The notes under the pieces were generated by a model. That model was not told the origin of the DNA, searched no databases, and worked only from the letters and a program-made list of their open reading frames with translations. A stretch of 63,544 bases of DNA, filler included, from Reticulomyxa filosa (Eukaryota; Protista; Foraminifera): the NCBI GenBank assembly GCA_000512085.1. It is 25 parts of 25 records of this genome, joined end to end, with 100 filler letters (N's around TTAATTAATTAA, not from the genome) between each part and the next. Parts side by side here need not be neighbours in the genome. Positions count along the whole stretch, not along the records: positions 35,248 to 39,958 come from ASPP01022162.1; positions 40,059 to 44,049 come from ASPP01021857.1; positions 44,150 to 45,622 come from ASPP01042705.1; positions 45,723 to 47,034 come from ASPP01045407.1; positions 47,135 to 48,142 come from ASPP01003651.1; positions 48,243 to 49,360 come from ASPP01018569.1; positions 49,461 to 59,715 come from ASPP01022100.1; 18 more parts are not named here. One strand, written 5' to 3'. Positions 37,430 through 50,213 of the stretch are shown here, one piece after another. Every line of letters begins with the position of its first letter. The first letter of the stretch is position 1. The translations under genes were made by a program, and so were the position numbers.

Positions 37430-38067
37430 TAACAAATCAAAATTGTTGCCGAAATTTGTTGGCCCTTATACAATTATTAACGCATGGGTCCAGTAACTTT
37501 TAAGATCAAGAGCGAACATGGTTTTGAAAAGGCTGTTCATGTGTCGAAGTTGCGGAAGCTGTACATTGAAAATGAAAACAAAGAATCGGAAGCATTACAC
37601 GAACAAAAACTTCCTCCATTGGAACCAATATACAAGTCAAATTCGCCAGTGGAACAGACTGATCCGTTACCACTATTAGAACCAATCAATAAGTCACCTC
37701 AATCGTTAGAACCATTAAATAAGTCACCCCACCGTTGGAGCCATTGAATAATGTTGATGAAGTGGTAGTCATAGAACGTAAAAAAGATAATAAACAAATA
37801 AACGAACACATTAGCGACAATTGTCATGCAACAAACGATCAAGCATGCTTATGTTGCCCAGATGGCGCAAAGAGTGGGAAATGTAGGGCAAGTCCTATTA
37901 TGAGTATCTGAACGATAAGTGAACGGAGTATGTTAAACTTTCGCAACAAACTACTTCTTACTCTCTTGCTTTTCTTTACTTTTCTTTTGTTATCTTATTT
38001 TATTACTTAAATTACTTTCGTTGAATAAAATATAAAAGTGAAAAGCGAATTAAATAATTACATTACA
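37430..38067 (+). mobile_element. Ty3/Gypsy LTR-retrotransposon 3' remnant (integrase GPY/F tail, PPT, putative 3' LTR)
   Basis: KLLPKFVGPYTII/(frameshift)RMGPVTFKI...VHVSKLR is the GPY/F module. Purine tract AAAGAGTGGGAAA (37869-37881) directly precedes TGTA (37882). The candidate LTR ends TACA at 38067 and contains AATAAA at 38024. Confidence 0.72.
37615..37752 (+). repeat. Imperfect ~30-bp tandem repeat (LEP[I/L]NKSP units)
   Basis: Repeated PLEPIYKS / LLEPINKSP / SLEPLNKSP in ORF 37484..37747. Confidence 0.7.
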
Positions 38068-38702
38068 AACGAAATTAATGGAATGAAAATTAACAAGATA
38101 TTTAAAATTAACTATTTATGACGATGTACTAATAGCTATAATAAATATAATATACGTTTGTATCAATAATGAATCAAATGATATTAAAAAATGTTTTTAA
38201 TGCAGCTCAAAGACAACAAAAAATAACCGGTATATTTTTGAGATTTTGCTTGACTTATTATTTTGTATTGAAAGAATTCGTGTTTGAGAAAGTTAAATGC
38301 AGAGTCATTATCTTTTCATAAGTGTTTTTACTAGTATTCATTTTAAAAAGGACACGAAAAAATTGCGCTATTTTTGTCAATTTTACAATTGACTAATTAG
38401 AAATATACAAGAAATTGCAACAAATCACAAGTAAAAATGAAAAAAAAACATTTTGTTTGATTGACAAAAAAAAGAAAATCCACGACGTAACATTAGAACA
38501 AAAGACAAACAAAAAAAAATGAATTGCTCCTAAGAAAACACACAAACAATTAAAAAAAAAGAAAGATGGATAAAACAAAAAGAGGGTGAAAAAATGGCCA
38601 AAATTGATCACAAAAGAAAAGAGAAAAAAAAAAACAAATAAAAAGAAAGTGACCTAAGTGCGAATAAAGATTGTTTGTGTGTACGTAGAAAAAAAGACGG
38701 TA

Positions 38703-39025
38703 TTAAGAATCGACAGGGTTATAAGGGATGGATAAAAAGTGCAAAATGGTTCGGTTATCCGGAGTAAGAACGGGACTTTGTGGTTGTATCAAATGATTTA
38801 CATCAATATTAATACTCGGTGGTTTTTGCCTTTCTTTCTCCTTTTCTTTTTCTTTCATTTTTTGATGGTATTCGTCAGTTGTCACGGACAAGGGTAAGAT
38901 TTTTGGGATTGGTACTGTACAATGAACACGAGAAATAGCAAACAAAGCCGGAAAAAAAAGTGAGAATCGAATAATAGAAAACTGAACGTTACATATTTAT
39001 GAATGTGTATACATGCATATATGCA

Positions 39026-39058
<33 letters not shown>

Positions 39059-39946
39059 ATTCCATAACATTCAATATATGGAGCAGACAAGACGGATTCT
39101 TTGTCTTTATTAGTGGCGGCATCTTCCAAGGCACGTTTTTCATCTTGTTCACGCTGCCACTCTTGCCATCGATTGACTTCGCCCATGTCGATGCTATTAT
39201 TTCGGTTGCTTCGTTGTCTCGACAAAGCCCTGGGCTTACCATTTCCAGTCAAGTCTTCCGTCATGGGCGACGGTGCAATGACCGGATGAATCCCCCCTCC
39301 TCCTCCTCCTCCTCCTCCTCCTCCAGGGGAAGGGCTTTGGTTATGGAAGGGCGACCCCAAGGGGGACGCGTTCATGTTCAACGAATGTCTGCGACTATGT
39401 GTTATCGACGGTGAATTTCCACGACTTCGTGCACTCACCTGTGCCAACCCAGCTGTCGCCATATTCGTTGACGATTGCTCCATTACAAGTATACGACGGC
39501 TGCTTTTATTCGCTGCCGCTTTCAGCAACAATGCCATTGGATCCATTCCAAACAACAGCGACGATCTAAGTTATACATATATACACACATATATATATAT
39601 TATTATTAGGTTTTTTTTTAATTTAAAAAAAAAAAAAAAAAAAAAAAGGGGCCTTTTTACGTTTCCATTTTTGACAAATCCATCAGGCAACTGCCTCAAA
39701 ACGTAAATTAATTTTTTGTCGTAAATTTTGCCGAGCATTTTTCCGTCGAAGGACAAGGCACAAGCTACGTGAATGCGCAACTTGCGATGTCCCAAGGCGT
39801 CTTCCAAGCATGTCTGCAACTGTTCACTCAGAAACACCAACTCAAAGATCGACTTTAACCGAATCACCTCGCTCTCTTCACAGCGACAAACCAAGCGAAT
39901 GTGGCTGTAATTGTCGCCAATGGGAGTGACTTTGCTGAATTTGTAC
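38703..39946 (-). CDS. Multi-exon hypothetical protein, 3' portion
   Basis: Open frames 39571-39894, 38989-39555 and 38703-38945 are separated by intron-like poly-A/T and TA tracts; poly-Gly low-complexity region. No family recognised. Confidence 0.55.
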
Positions 39947-40058
39947 CTTTTTTTTTTTNNNNNNNNNNNNNNNNNNNNNNNNNNNNNNNNNNNNNNNNNN
40001 NNTTAATTAATTAANNNNNNNNNNNNNNNNNNNNNNNNNNNNNNNNNNNNNNNNNNNN

Positions 40059-43000
40059 AAGCGTTTTGTGGATACTGTGATGATACTCTTCCATCAGCAT
40101 TGCTTTATTTGAGTATACAAAAAGCGCTGAAAACAGAAGAAAGCAAGGACGATGAAAAAAAGGAACAAATGGAAGCAACATATATAAAATTGAACACTGT
40201 TCACTTTGACAAAGAGGAATTGAGATCGCAATTGTTAGACTTGTTTCTTCCCTTGTGTCAACCAGAAGAAGTTATCAAAGCAAAGATTAATGAAGACATA
40301 CAATTTTATTCATTGGTAGGTGTAAACATTTTTTTTTACAGTGCATTTATAGCATCATCCCCTTTGTTTGGCATGACACAAATAAAAAGGGAAAGGCTGT
40401 GACAGATCAAAAGGAGAAATCCAGAAATCAAATGCTGATGATGATTACAAATGACGTAGAGCGCAACATTCCAATAGAGTGGCTCCATTGCACAAAGAAA
40501 ATTGCGTCATTCAAAAAAATTAGTGAATTTGAAAATACAATTGCAGAGTTTTTCAAATGTCAAGCATCGGGTGATGTGTTAATCTTTCAGCATCGCCACA
40601 CTCCTAAAAGTAGCAATCAATTAGAACAAGTAATACATATCCTTCAACTCAAGCATTATCTCTTTTATAGTGATCCTAACAACAGTAAAAAAAAGAAATT
40701 GGTGGTTTTGCTGATTCACACCAATAGAGAGTCGCCCTTTCCTCTAATATTTCGACAGTTAAAAGAGAGTTTTCTTTAAAATTGGAGCCTATGCTTATTA
40801 TCTCTTTTTTATTATTGAAAATAACAGAAAGTGGAAGATCGTGTATATTGATTGTTTATTGTCAACGAATCCAATGTCATTGCAAAATATTTAAAAGAAC
40901 GATTGGTGGATGTAGTTGATAAACAGGTCAAATAAACCAGTCCTTTTGAATGTTTTTTTTTATGAAATAAATGCTTACAACAAAAAAGAAATTATTGTTC
41001 ATAGGATTTGTTCAAATGCGCTCACCAAGCATTTGGAAAATTACATTTTTCACATTCGTTCAAATCCTTGGAAGAAAAAAAGATATTGCGCTTGATATTT
41101 GAGGACAAAGAATTTGAGAATTGCAGAAACTTACTTGTAGAACGATTGAAGGGACTCTTGTCCAACGCTACAGAAAATAGGTCAATTGATGATTTTTTGC
41201 AGGACTTAGAGAAGGGAAAAAAGAAAGGCATTGAAGGATCTTTTTTTGCAAGACGTCGGAATAATATTGATACTTTGCTAACTTTGGCTTTGGTCAACAT
41301 TTTATTTGTTATTTATCAAAACGGTGGTTTTGCAGTTTTGTACACTCGCTACATAATCACGTGTTTTATTTACATATAAAATATATGTCAAAATGATATT
41401 GAAAAGAACTATGCCGAAAGCAAGAAAAACGAAGAGGATGGGCATCAATGGTATTCAGAATTGTTTGAAAAAGCGTTGAAAAATCGAAAATTAGTTGAAA
41501 TGAAACCCCCAAACTTTTATGTCGATCACTTACTTTTGTTTGCAATTCAACCTCGGCTCTATTCAGTTCAAGACAACTTCCAATTCTTTTTTCCCTTTGG
41601 CCACTGCATTCATAAATGGTATCAGCATCAACTTGCTACCTATTCCGACTCACCAAGCACTGGCTTTAATTCATGTGCGACAACTCTCGAACAAAGGCTG
41701 ATTGAAAGCGATGATTTGACAATCTGGAACGCTCCTTGGCCCGCGAAATCTATTCATAAATATGCAATGGACCTGATTCAAAATTACTTTTTGTGTTATG
41801 CACGCATCTTGGATCAACAAACTATCTTGCGTGATATTCTTGTATCCATCACGCTGTTGCTGTGTAAGAGATTGTCGATTGCATCCATCGAAGTGACCAT
41901 GCACTATTTTCATCATATCATTTTTCATTATTCTTGTTTGATCTTTGCTTCTTCCATGATCTCAAATGACCTCTCCAAGGTGGGTAAACAGATAATGCGT
42001 GAGAATGATCCTGGACAATGGTTGGCGGATACAACTTTATCTCTTTGGGAATCGATTCCAGTGATGACAAATTTTACTGCAAGCGTGAGTCAATTGTTTC
42101 TTCCCAAATCGATCGCGGTTGTCTTAGATTTCGTACGCAATTACCTGCAAAATAACACTAATTTGGTAAATAAGATATTGAAAGGTGCTCGGAAAATTGA
42201 AATAAAGCGTCTTAGAACTATGTATTTGCAAATAGATCCGTTTGTAGATAATGAAAAACATTTAATTGAGGAAGGATTTTTGAAACATGAAATACTTGTT
42301 ACCCGTATCCTTGAAATTAACTCTACACCTAACGAAAAATATTCTCTTTTTGTTCAAGATTTACTTGATACAATAAAGCGTGTGGAGCAAATTGAGGAGA
42401 ATGGAGACAAACATAAAGAATATGCCTCTATTTTGTCGAAATTGTATTTCAAGGTCGCTGCACCCATTTGTAAAATGCAAATTTTGAAAGAAATGGTGAT
42501 TTACGGTAATCTTAACTTACATTCGGATGAATCAATACTGGTGAATCGTTGTTTGGAGTCAATACTTTTAAATAAACAAGTGAATACGAGTACAAATGTT
42601 TGGAGGAAGTGGTGTAATCCTAGTAACAAAAGTAATATTGGCTTGGTTGTTAAAATTTCGCAAATAAAAGTGAGTGTCACTGAGCATATTTCCACGATGA
42701 TGGATAAGGATATAGATCTGTCACTCGAAAAAAACGTCTCGTTGAACAAAATCAACCAATTATTGTCCAGTTTTATAATTGAAAATGAACAATATAAGCA
42801 TACCTTATACGTGTGGTTTTTGAAACAACTTTATGTGTGGAAAGGGATTCTTTGGATTGCAATCTTGCTTAGGTATCAAGGCATAGAGCTTCCGAATAAA
42901 ATGTCCCGTTTACTGCCTGAAAAACCATCCTACAGAAATATATTTGACCCTCTCAGTGCAATGTATGGATATGATAATAATTCTATGAAAGATGTACACA

Positions 43001-44049
43001 CAAGATTAGTCAATGCAATTGCTGCTTCGATTAATAAGCGCACTCCAAATGTAGAAAATCAGTCGTGGATAATTGCGCAGTCGTTATCATTAATCAATGT
43101 ATATAATATTCCGTATTCAAGCAAAGAAATTAAAGGTTAATTGCTTCACTTTTTTTTATTCAAATTTATCGATGCAAATTAAAGCAATAAAAATGCAAAT
43201 ATTTCATATAGACTTGATAAAGTATCTTGAAATATCAGGGTTCTCCAAACAAGAAATATTTAATCAAATTTTCACTCATTTCATCTCTTCTGGAAATGAT
43301 AAACAATTGTACTGGAAACCTCTCAGAGATACACTCGATTTGATTGTGATAAGGCTATGCTTTCATTTTATGGCTGTTTTGTCATTTATGAAATCCAATC
43401 CATTTCGATTGCTATTTATCGAATCTGAGTTATTCTTATCCAATAATGCAGTCTGGGAACTAGACCCGGATTTTAAAATCCATTGTTGTTTGCATAATCA
43501 TCCACTATTAATCAACACTTCAGAATCTAAAGGAATAAAGTGTCCATTGAAAGGCTGTGGAGCCACGGTCGCCAGAACATCTTCTGAATTGGAGAATACG
43601 AGAAGTAGAATCAGTATTTGGTTTGTATTAAAGAGATATTATACATTTCCCAAAAAAACCGAGCCAAATAATTTGAAACCATTAACGTCAATATTGTTGC
43701 GATTGTTATATCATTTGTTGCTGCTTTTACGAAATGAAGGAATTTCACAAAATAAAAACAAAATTCAAGAATTGGTGAAACAAACCAATAAACAAGATAC
43801 GTCCAACTTTTTATGGAAGCAAATAAAGCAAGATTTTAAAAGATTAAAAATACAAACGAAATTAAATGAAGAGTTATTGAGTATTGCCCTTCATTTGTGG
43901 ATCAAAGATTTCTCTGAAAAATTTGAAACATGGTATCCTCAGGGACTGGCTTGTGACACTTTATCAGAAATTTATGAGTTTGAGAAGAAATTAGATGAAG
44001 AATATTCAACATTTTTTTATTCGAGGGCCAATTTTATCAAACTCCGAAA
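40059..44049 (+). CDS. RNF213: RNF213 (mysterin)-like giant protein, E3-region fragment with degenerate RZ-type zinc finger
   Basis: Long helical ORFs joined by short introns. CLHNH...CPLKGCGA is followed by LKPLTSILLRLLYHLLLLL and FLWKQIKQDFKRL...SIALHLWI, matching the RZ finger and following helices of RNF213 as recalled. Confidence 0.72.
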
Positions 44050-47000
44050 NNNNNNNNNNNNNNNNNNNNNNNNNNNNNNNNNNNNNNNNNNNNTTAATTA
44101 ATTAANNNNNNNNNNNNNNNNNNNNNNNNNNNNNNNNNNNNNNNNNNNNAGGGATTGTCATAATAATTGTGTTTATCAATTTTTTCTAGTCTTGTTATGT
44201 TCACACTGCTTTTTTTTGAGAAAAACAAGGTTTTATGAAACATTCTTTTGTTTAATTTGTAGTGAATAGTTAGACGAAACAAAAAAAAAACCTTGGAGAG
44301 GAACAGAGAACTTTTTCGAAACCTCTTTCTTGTATGTTCTCTTTGAAAAAGATTGCAGCAATGCTTTGTACAAATTCAAAAAGATTTTTTTATTTTCAAA
44401 AGATTATCGTTGCATTAAAAAGAATTTCAATAATGTAAAGGATAAAAAGAACTCATTTAGACTTGCTATGATCTTAAAAAAAGGTGAAAGAAAATTCTAT
44501 GTAATTTATCCCACTTTTTTTTTTGGAGAGATTACATTTCTTACTTAGTTCAATTTTGATTTCTTTATTTCAAAAAAATAAATGTCATCAGTTTGATAAT
44601 AAAGTGATTTTTATGCTCAAGTGCTAGTTTTTTTTAAAGAAATTATTAATGTTAAAATGATAAATAATTTTTCTTTTTGTTATTGGAACGGTCATGTTTT
44701 GTTTGAAAGAAAATAAAATCAATTCATCAGTAAGTATTCTTTTTTTTTTTTTGCGAGATTACCGAAATATGGAACAATCAAAACATTCAATATGTTTTTC
44801 CTTGTGAACTCAAGCAAAAATGATTTTTCTTTATATTTAACAAATAACCAAATTTCTTCTTTATAGTATTAAATACATTCTGCACTTTCAAAAAAATTTT
44901 GTTGACTGTAATCATTACATTGTGTAATACAGTCAATATTTCAATTTTTTTTAATTTTCTCAGTTAGGCCACTTCAAAAAGGTTTGGATTCTTTTTTACT
45001 TCAAAGAAGGATCTTTTTCATGTACTCCACCTCTTTAAAAGTTTCTCAACATGAACAACCAAACCTTTCAAACTTTGAAGAAGTTTCCCACTCCACTAGG
45101 AGATTCTCCATGTTTAGAACCTCCAAATGAAGAGTTCATGTTTGTCTAGCACACATTGAGAATCTATTTATGGCTGTTGTATTGTATAACAATATTGAAA
45201 AATAAGAAAGGAAATTACTCAATGAGTTTTGATTACATTTGGTGCAATTATTTTTTTTTCCTAATATACACAATTTATTGGTTGTGGTTTTTATCTTCTT
45301 TTTTTATATCAACAATAATCTATTCCATATCTAAAAAACAAAAATTTACATTCATATTTGTATGGAAAATCAATGAAAAAGGACTGTATTTATTTATTTA
45401 ATCTAAGACAAAAAACTTGAAATTATTTTTTATAAATGTGCACTCTTTTAAAAAATAAAAATAAAAACTGCACACACAAACATCATCTTGAACCTTTAAA
45501 ATTTTGAATATTTTGTCGCAAAGAATGATCAGAAAAAAGCTCTAAATTTCCATCTGTCATTAAAGAATCATAATTTGGAATATTTTTATATTGATTCATA
45601 ATTGATGATCGATCATATGTTANNNNNNNNNNNNNNNNNNNNNNNNNNNNNNNNNNNNNNNNNNNNTTAATTAATTAANNNNNNNNNNNNNNNNNNNNNN
45701 NNNNNNNNNNNNNNNNNNNNNNACTATCTTTGTTTTGTCTTGGTGTAACTTCTTTCACAGAGTTATTTTTTCTTTTTTTGACATATTGTTTAAGTCTTAA
45801 ATATTTGCTTTAATCAAGAAGAAAACAAGCAAAAACCCTAAGAAAAAGGGATCTGAGAAGTTTGAGCAATGTACGTGTGTGTTCCAAAGCAATAATCTAG
45901 TTCTTATGTAACTCTACCAAAGATATTTGTTAGACGTCAACATTACGCGATTACTTTTTTTTTCAAATTGTCACAGTGCAGTTGAGGAGTTATGATTAGA
46001 TATTGTCAGATTGGAAAAAATATTCCTATGAGAAAAAAAGAGATGTAATTTCTTATTCTCCTATCCACAAAATAAATTATTTATTCTTATGTTTATGTTG
46101 TCTTGCAAATAACCCAAACAAATCAACTTTTTACCTGTGTTTGATCGAGAAAAAAAATCAAAATATTGAATTTTTGTTTCAATGTAGTTTTGTTGATACT
46201 AAGTCGTGCATTTTTGTTGAAGAAAATTACAAAAGGAAATCTTGATGTTGAGTATATTCATTTGCATCATTTTCTTCGACATCAAAAATTTCAATTGAAA
46301 CTGATATCATTCTATTATTTTTGACCAAACTCAAAATTTTACAAATTGTTGTTACCGACAAATTAGATCTGCGTGATATGGATGTCTGTTTAGAAGTCAA
46401 TTTTGGCTTTTCTTGATCAACATTAAATCAAATAGCAATGCTGAAGATATGGCTTATGCTATAAACTCTTTGAGCAATCAATAAAGCCACATTAAAGAGT
46501 CATAAGTGTGTATCCAAATTTTTTTTCACATACTTCTAATCTGTTTTGCGTAAAAAATCTTTGTTGGAGTAGTTGTTTGTGGTATTCTTTCTTAAAAAAA
46601 GTTGCAGCTAAATTATACAAATTCAAGTGTTTGCCACGATGATGTACATAACTATACGTCATACATAAAGTAAAATGTCTTTAACCTCACTACTACCGCT
46701 ACAATGCTGAATTGTTTTGTGAACAAAAAAGTGCATCTTAAAAATATTCATTATTCAAATGTAGTAATCACGTGGCAAAAATAAACAAATTTATCCAAAC
46801 AGCAACCTTTCGAACAACCAAATAAAACTCCACAAAGACAACGCAAACGTCTTTAATTCCTTCCACTCCAAAAATTGTAAAAACTGATTTCCTTATTATA
46901 AATGTTACTTCGTTTCGCACAATGACATAGAAAAAAATTGAAAAAAAGGGACTACCTTCCCCCTTGTAACTCGTTGATTTAATTGATTTTTGGATATATT

Positions 47001-47631
47001 TTTGATTTGACAAAAACAGATGAATAGCACAATANNNNNNNNNNNNNNNNNNNNNNNNNNNNNNNNNNNNNNNNNNNNTTAATTAATTAANNNNNNNNNN
47101 NNNNNNNNNNNNNNNNNNNNNNNNNNNNNNNNNNTTTTAATGAAAGTACAGAAAACAATAAAAATTGTTGATTTTTAAAACATATCTACATAACTTGAGG
47201 TTTACGAAAAATATAAAATAAAACGGGTAATATTCCAATGCTTTAATACTGGAACGAATCTTTAATTTTTAAAAAATGAAAATCAACGATTTTTTAAATG
47301 TTTTCTACACTTTTATTAAAAAGTAAATATTTTTAATTCCGCCGGGATGGTATATATTATTAAAAACATTCATTTTTTATGAATAATCGCAAATGTTTAG
47401 TGGTCCATTTTAGGGAGATATTTTTCTGGTCGGTTATATTTTGTCTAGTGTCTGTGGTTATGATACACTGTAAATTAAATCATTTCCGGCATGCGCACGA
47501 ACAATAATGTGTTTCCCTATTTTGTGTAGGTTCAGTACTTTTGTACCGGTCTTTTCTCCTTTTTTGGTAAGAAAGCACTTACTTTTAAAGCAAACTAGCA
47601 ACATATATATAGGCAAGTAAAAAAAAAGAAA

Positions 47632-48101
47632 ATGTCCAAGGAATCGAAGAAGAAGGGCGGGTCAAGGCAATCAGATCCAGATAAATTTCCAGGCTACGAA
47701 TTTGGTGGCCCGGTGGGCACCGGATTATTGATGTTGTGGTCTCATTACATTTTATACTATTTTTGGTATTGTTATGAATTCCACAATGGAAAAATGTATT
47801 TCCCAACAAGTGTGGGAGAATTAGTGCAATTTCCGCTGGTGTTGCTATTGAAAATACGAGACAAAGCATGGCCAACCACATTCACAATGACTTGCTATGG
47901 TGCATTTTTTTGTTCACAATTGTTATTGGCAGCAATCGTGCCGGGTCCAATAGTTGAGGGTTTGGCAGTGTTTAAAGACAAAAGACTGCCTTATTTGATC
48001 AATGGATACTATTGCTACTACATCACCCTGTTTTTCTTGTTATTATTGCATTTCTTAGACGTGTTTCCATTGGATTCGATTGTCACCGATTTTGGTGTCT
48101 G
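47632..48101 (+). CDS. ERG4: Sterol reductase, ERG4/ERG24 family (delta24(24-1) reductase-like), first exon
   Basis: YEFGGPVG, YYFWYC..FHNGKM.FP, AWPT, VPGPIVEG and LPYLING are N-terminal motifs of ERG4-type reductases. Confidence 0.85.
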
Positions 48102-48242
48102 GTAAACTTTTTTTATTTGCTTACTCATCAATTTTTTTTTTTNNNNNNNNNNNNNNNNNNNNNNNNNNNNNNNNNNNNNNNNNNNNTTAATTAATTAANN
48201 NNNNNNNNNNNNNNNNNNNNNNNNNNNNNNNNNNNNNNNNNN

Positions 48243-49360
48243 TATGGCGGCACCGGACTGGGGCTGGCCATCTGCAAACAACTGGCCAGCCTGATGCAAG
48301 CAGAACTGCAGGTGGACAGCCAGCCGGGCCAGGGCAGCTGCTTCAGCCTGCTGCTGACGCTGCCGTGGCAAGCCGAAGCCGTGCGCAAGCCGGCACTGCG
48401 CCCGTTGCAGGTACTGGTGGCGGACGATCACCCGCATACCCGCAGCGCCTTGTGCGACATGCTGCACCAGTTCGGCATGCACGCCAGCGAGGCCAGTGAC
48501 GGCGTCAGCACACTGGGCATGCTGTACCAGGCGCAGGAACAAGGCGATGCCATCGACCTGCTACTGCTGGACAGCGACATGCCTGGCTGGAGCGCACCGG
48601 AAACACTGCAACGCATCCGCGATGCCCGCCTGCTGCGCCAGCCGGTAGTCGTGATGATGAACCATGGTTATCACCACGCAGACAGCGAGCATGTTTCCGG
48701 CGTAGAGGGCGCGCTGAACAAACCGGTCCGCCCTGCTGCCCTGCAGGCGCAGCTGCAACTGCTGGCCGGCCACCGCCAGCCGCCGCGACAGGACAGCCAG
48801 GCCCAACTGCAACAACAGTTTAGCCAGCCTGTCTGGCGTGGCAGGTAACCGCATCCTGCTGGTGGACGACAACGCCATCAACCGCGAAGTGGTACTGGGC
48901 CTGCTGGAAACAGCGGGCTGTTGATCGACGTGGCCGAAAACGGCATTGACGCCGTCGACGCCGTCAATTGCAGCCACTACGACCTGGTATTGATGGACAT
49001 CCAGATGCCGTTGCTGGACGGCTTTGCCGCCACGCGACAGATCCGGGCCAACCCGGCACACGCCGGCTTGCCCATTGTGGCGCTCAGCGCCCACGCCATG
49101 GTCAGCGACCACCAGGCTAGCAAGGCCGCCGGCATGAACGACCACCTGGACAAACCCATCGTGCCCGCAGCACTGGTGGCCGCCCTGCTGCGCTGGCTGC
49201 CGGTACGCCAGGCCAGCCAGCCGCGCCGCGTCTTCCTGCCCGGACGGCAATACGATCTGGCACAACGCCTGCGCCAGCATTCGTGGCCAGCTACCGTCCG
49301 CTACCGGCCAAGCTGCAGCTGCTGCACGAAACCGGCGACTGGGCCAGCATCGAGTACCAC
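48243..49360 (+). CDS. Bacterial hybrid histidine kinase fragment (HATPase end, two receiver domains), frameshifted in assembly
   Basis: YGGTGLGLAICKQLASLM; REC1 VLVADDH...LLLDSDMPG...KP; REC2 ILLVDDNAINREV...VLMDIQMPLLDG...LSAHAM...KP. Frame changes near 48840 and 48918; high GC. Confidence 0.92.
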
Positions 49361-49460
49361 NNNNNNNNNNNNNNNNNNNNNNNNNNNNNNNNNNNNNNNN
49401 NNNNTTAATTAATTAANNNNNNNNNNNNNNNNNNNNNNNNNNNNNNNNNNNNNNNNNNNN

Positions 49461-50213
49461 TCGTCGTCAATGTCAGAGATATCTATTATTTTCGATATTT
49501 TGCCATGTGTCTGTTCATCCGCCCAACTATTTATTAGCGATGCAACCAGATTCTTGTCAAGACCGACATTACGAGCGGTACAACCAAGTTGCAGTTTTTT
49601 TTCTGACAACTCTGAGTTAATGATTCTATCTTTTCCAAATACTCTTTTTTTAACGACATAGCTTTTTTTTTTTTTGCATTTTTTTTTGTTATTAGATTTA
49701 TTAAAAAATATGTATACAATATATGTATACAAATATATATTTATACGTATTTAAACTGCAATTAACCCAAAGTCGATTGGCAATTGTCAAAATTGGTTTT
49801 CCTTTTTCACCATTGTAATGTTCGGCCATCAAATCGGATTGCTTTACTAGCCATTGGAGATGCTCGCATATTCCGTATTTCTCTTCGTTGAATGTCGTTT
49901 TAATTGTCTCCACTTTTGTTTCTGTGTCGTCGTTTGTTGTATCACTTTTCCTAATTCGGCTCATTTGCCCATCTACTACCAACGTCTCTCTTCTGCCCTG
50001 CCACGAGTCCCGAATTTTATGTCGTAACTTCGCCTCTGGCAAAAAAACTCTTTCGAATTCATACAGCGTTTGCTTTTGTGCCCCTGCTGCTGCGATCATT
50101 AGTGCAAATTCCAAACTAAAAGGAGAAATAACTACTCTATTCTTTTTTAAGTCGTCCAAAAGACGATTTGAATGCATAACTGGGCTTTCTGAATTATTCA
50201 CAACTTCAGACAT
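49461..50213 (-). CDS. Serpin (serine protease inhibitor), N-terminal portion, 3'-truncated
   Basis: VVISPFSLEFALMIAAAGAQKQT, LTIANRLWVN and, after an intron, INSWADEQTHGKISKII are conserved serpin motifs. Confidence 0.92.

Noticed and set aside
44150-47034. Short ORFs in two very AT-rich contigs (also 6468-7886, 31928-33047 and 50300-53000)
   Set aside because: No recognisable motifs, splice-consistent structure or RNA gene signatures.
48243-49360. Horizontal transfer of bacterial kinases next to ERG4 and the serpin
   Set aside because: The bacterial sequence fills its own contig between linkers, so there is no physical linkage to host DNA.
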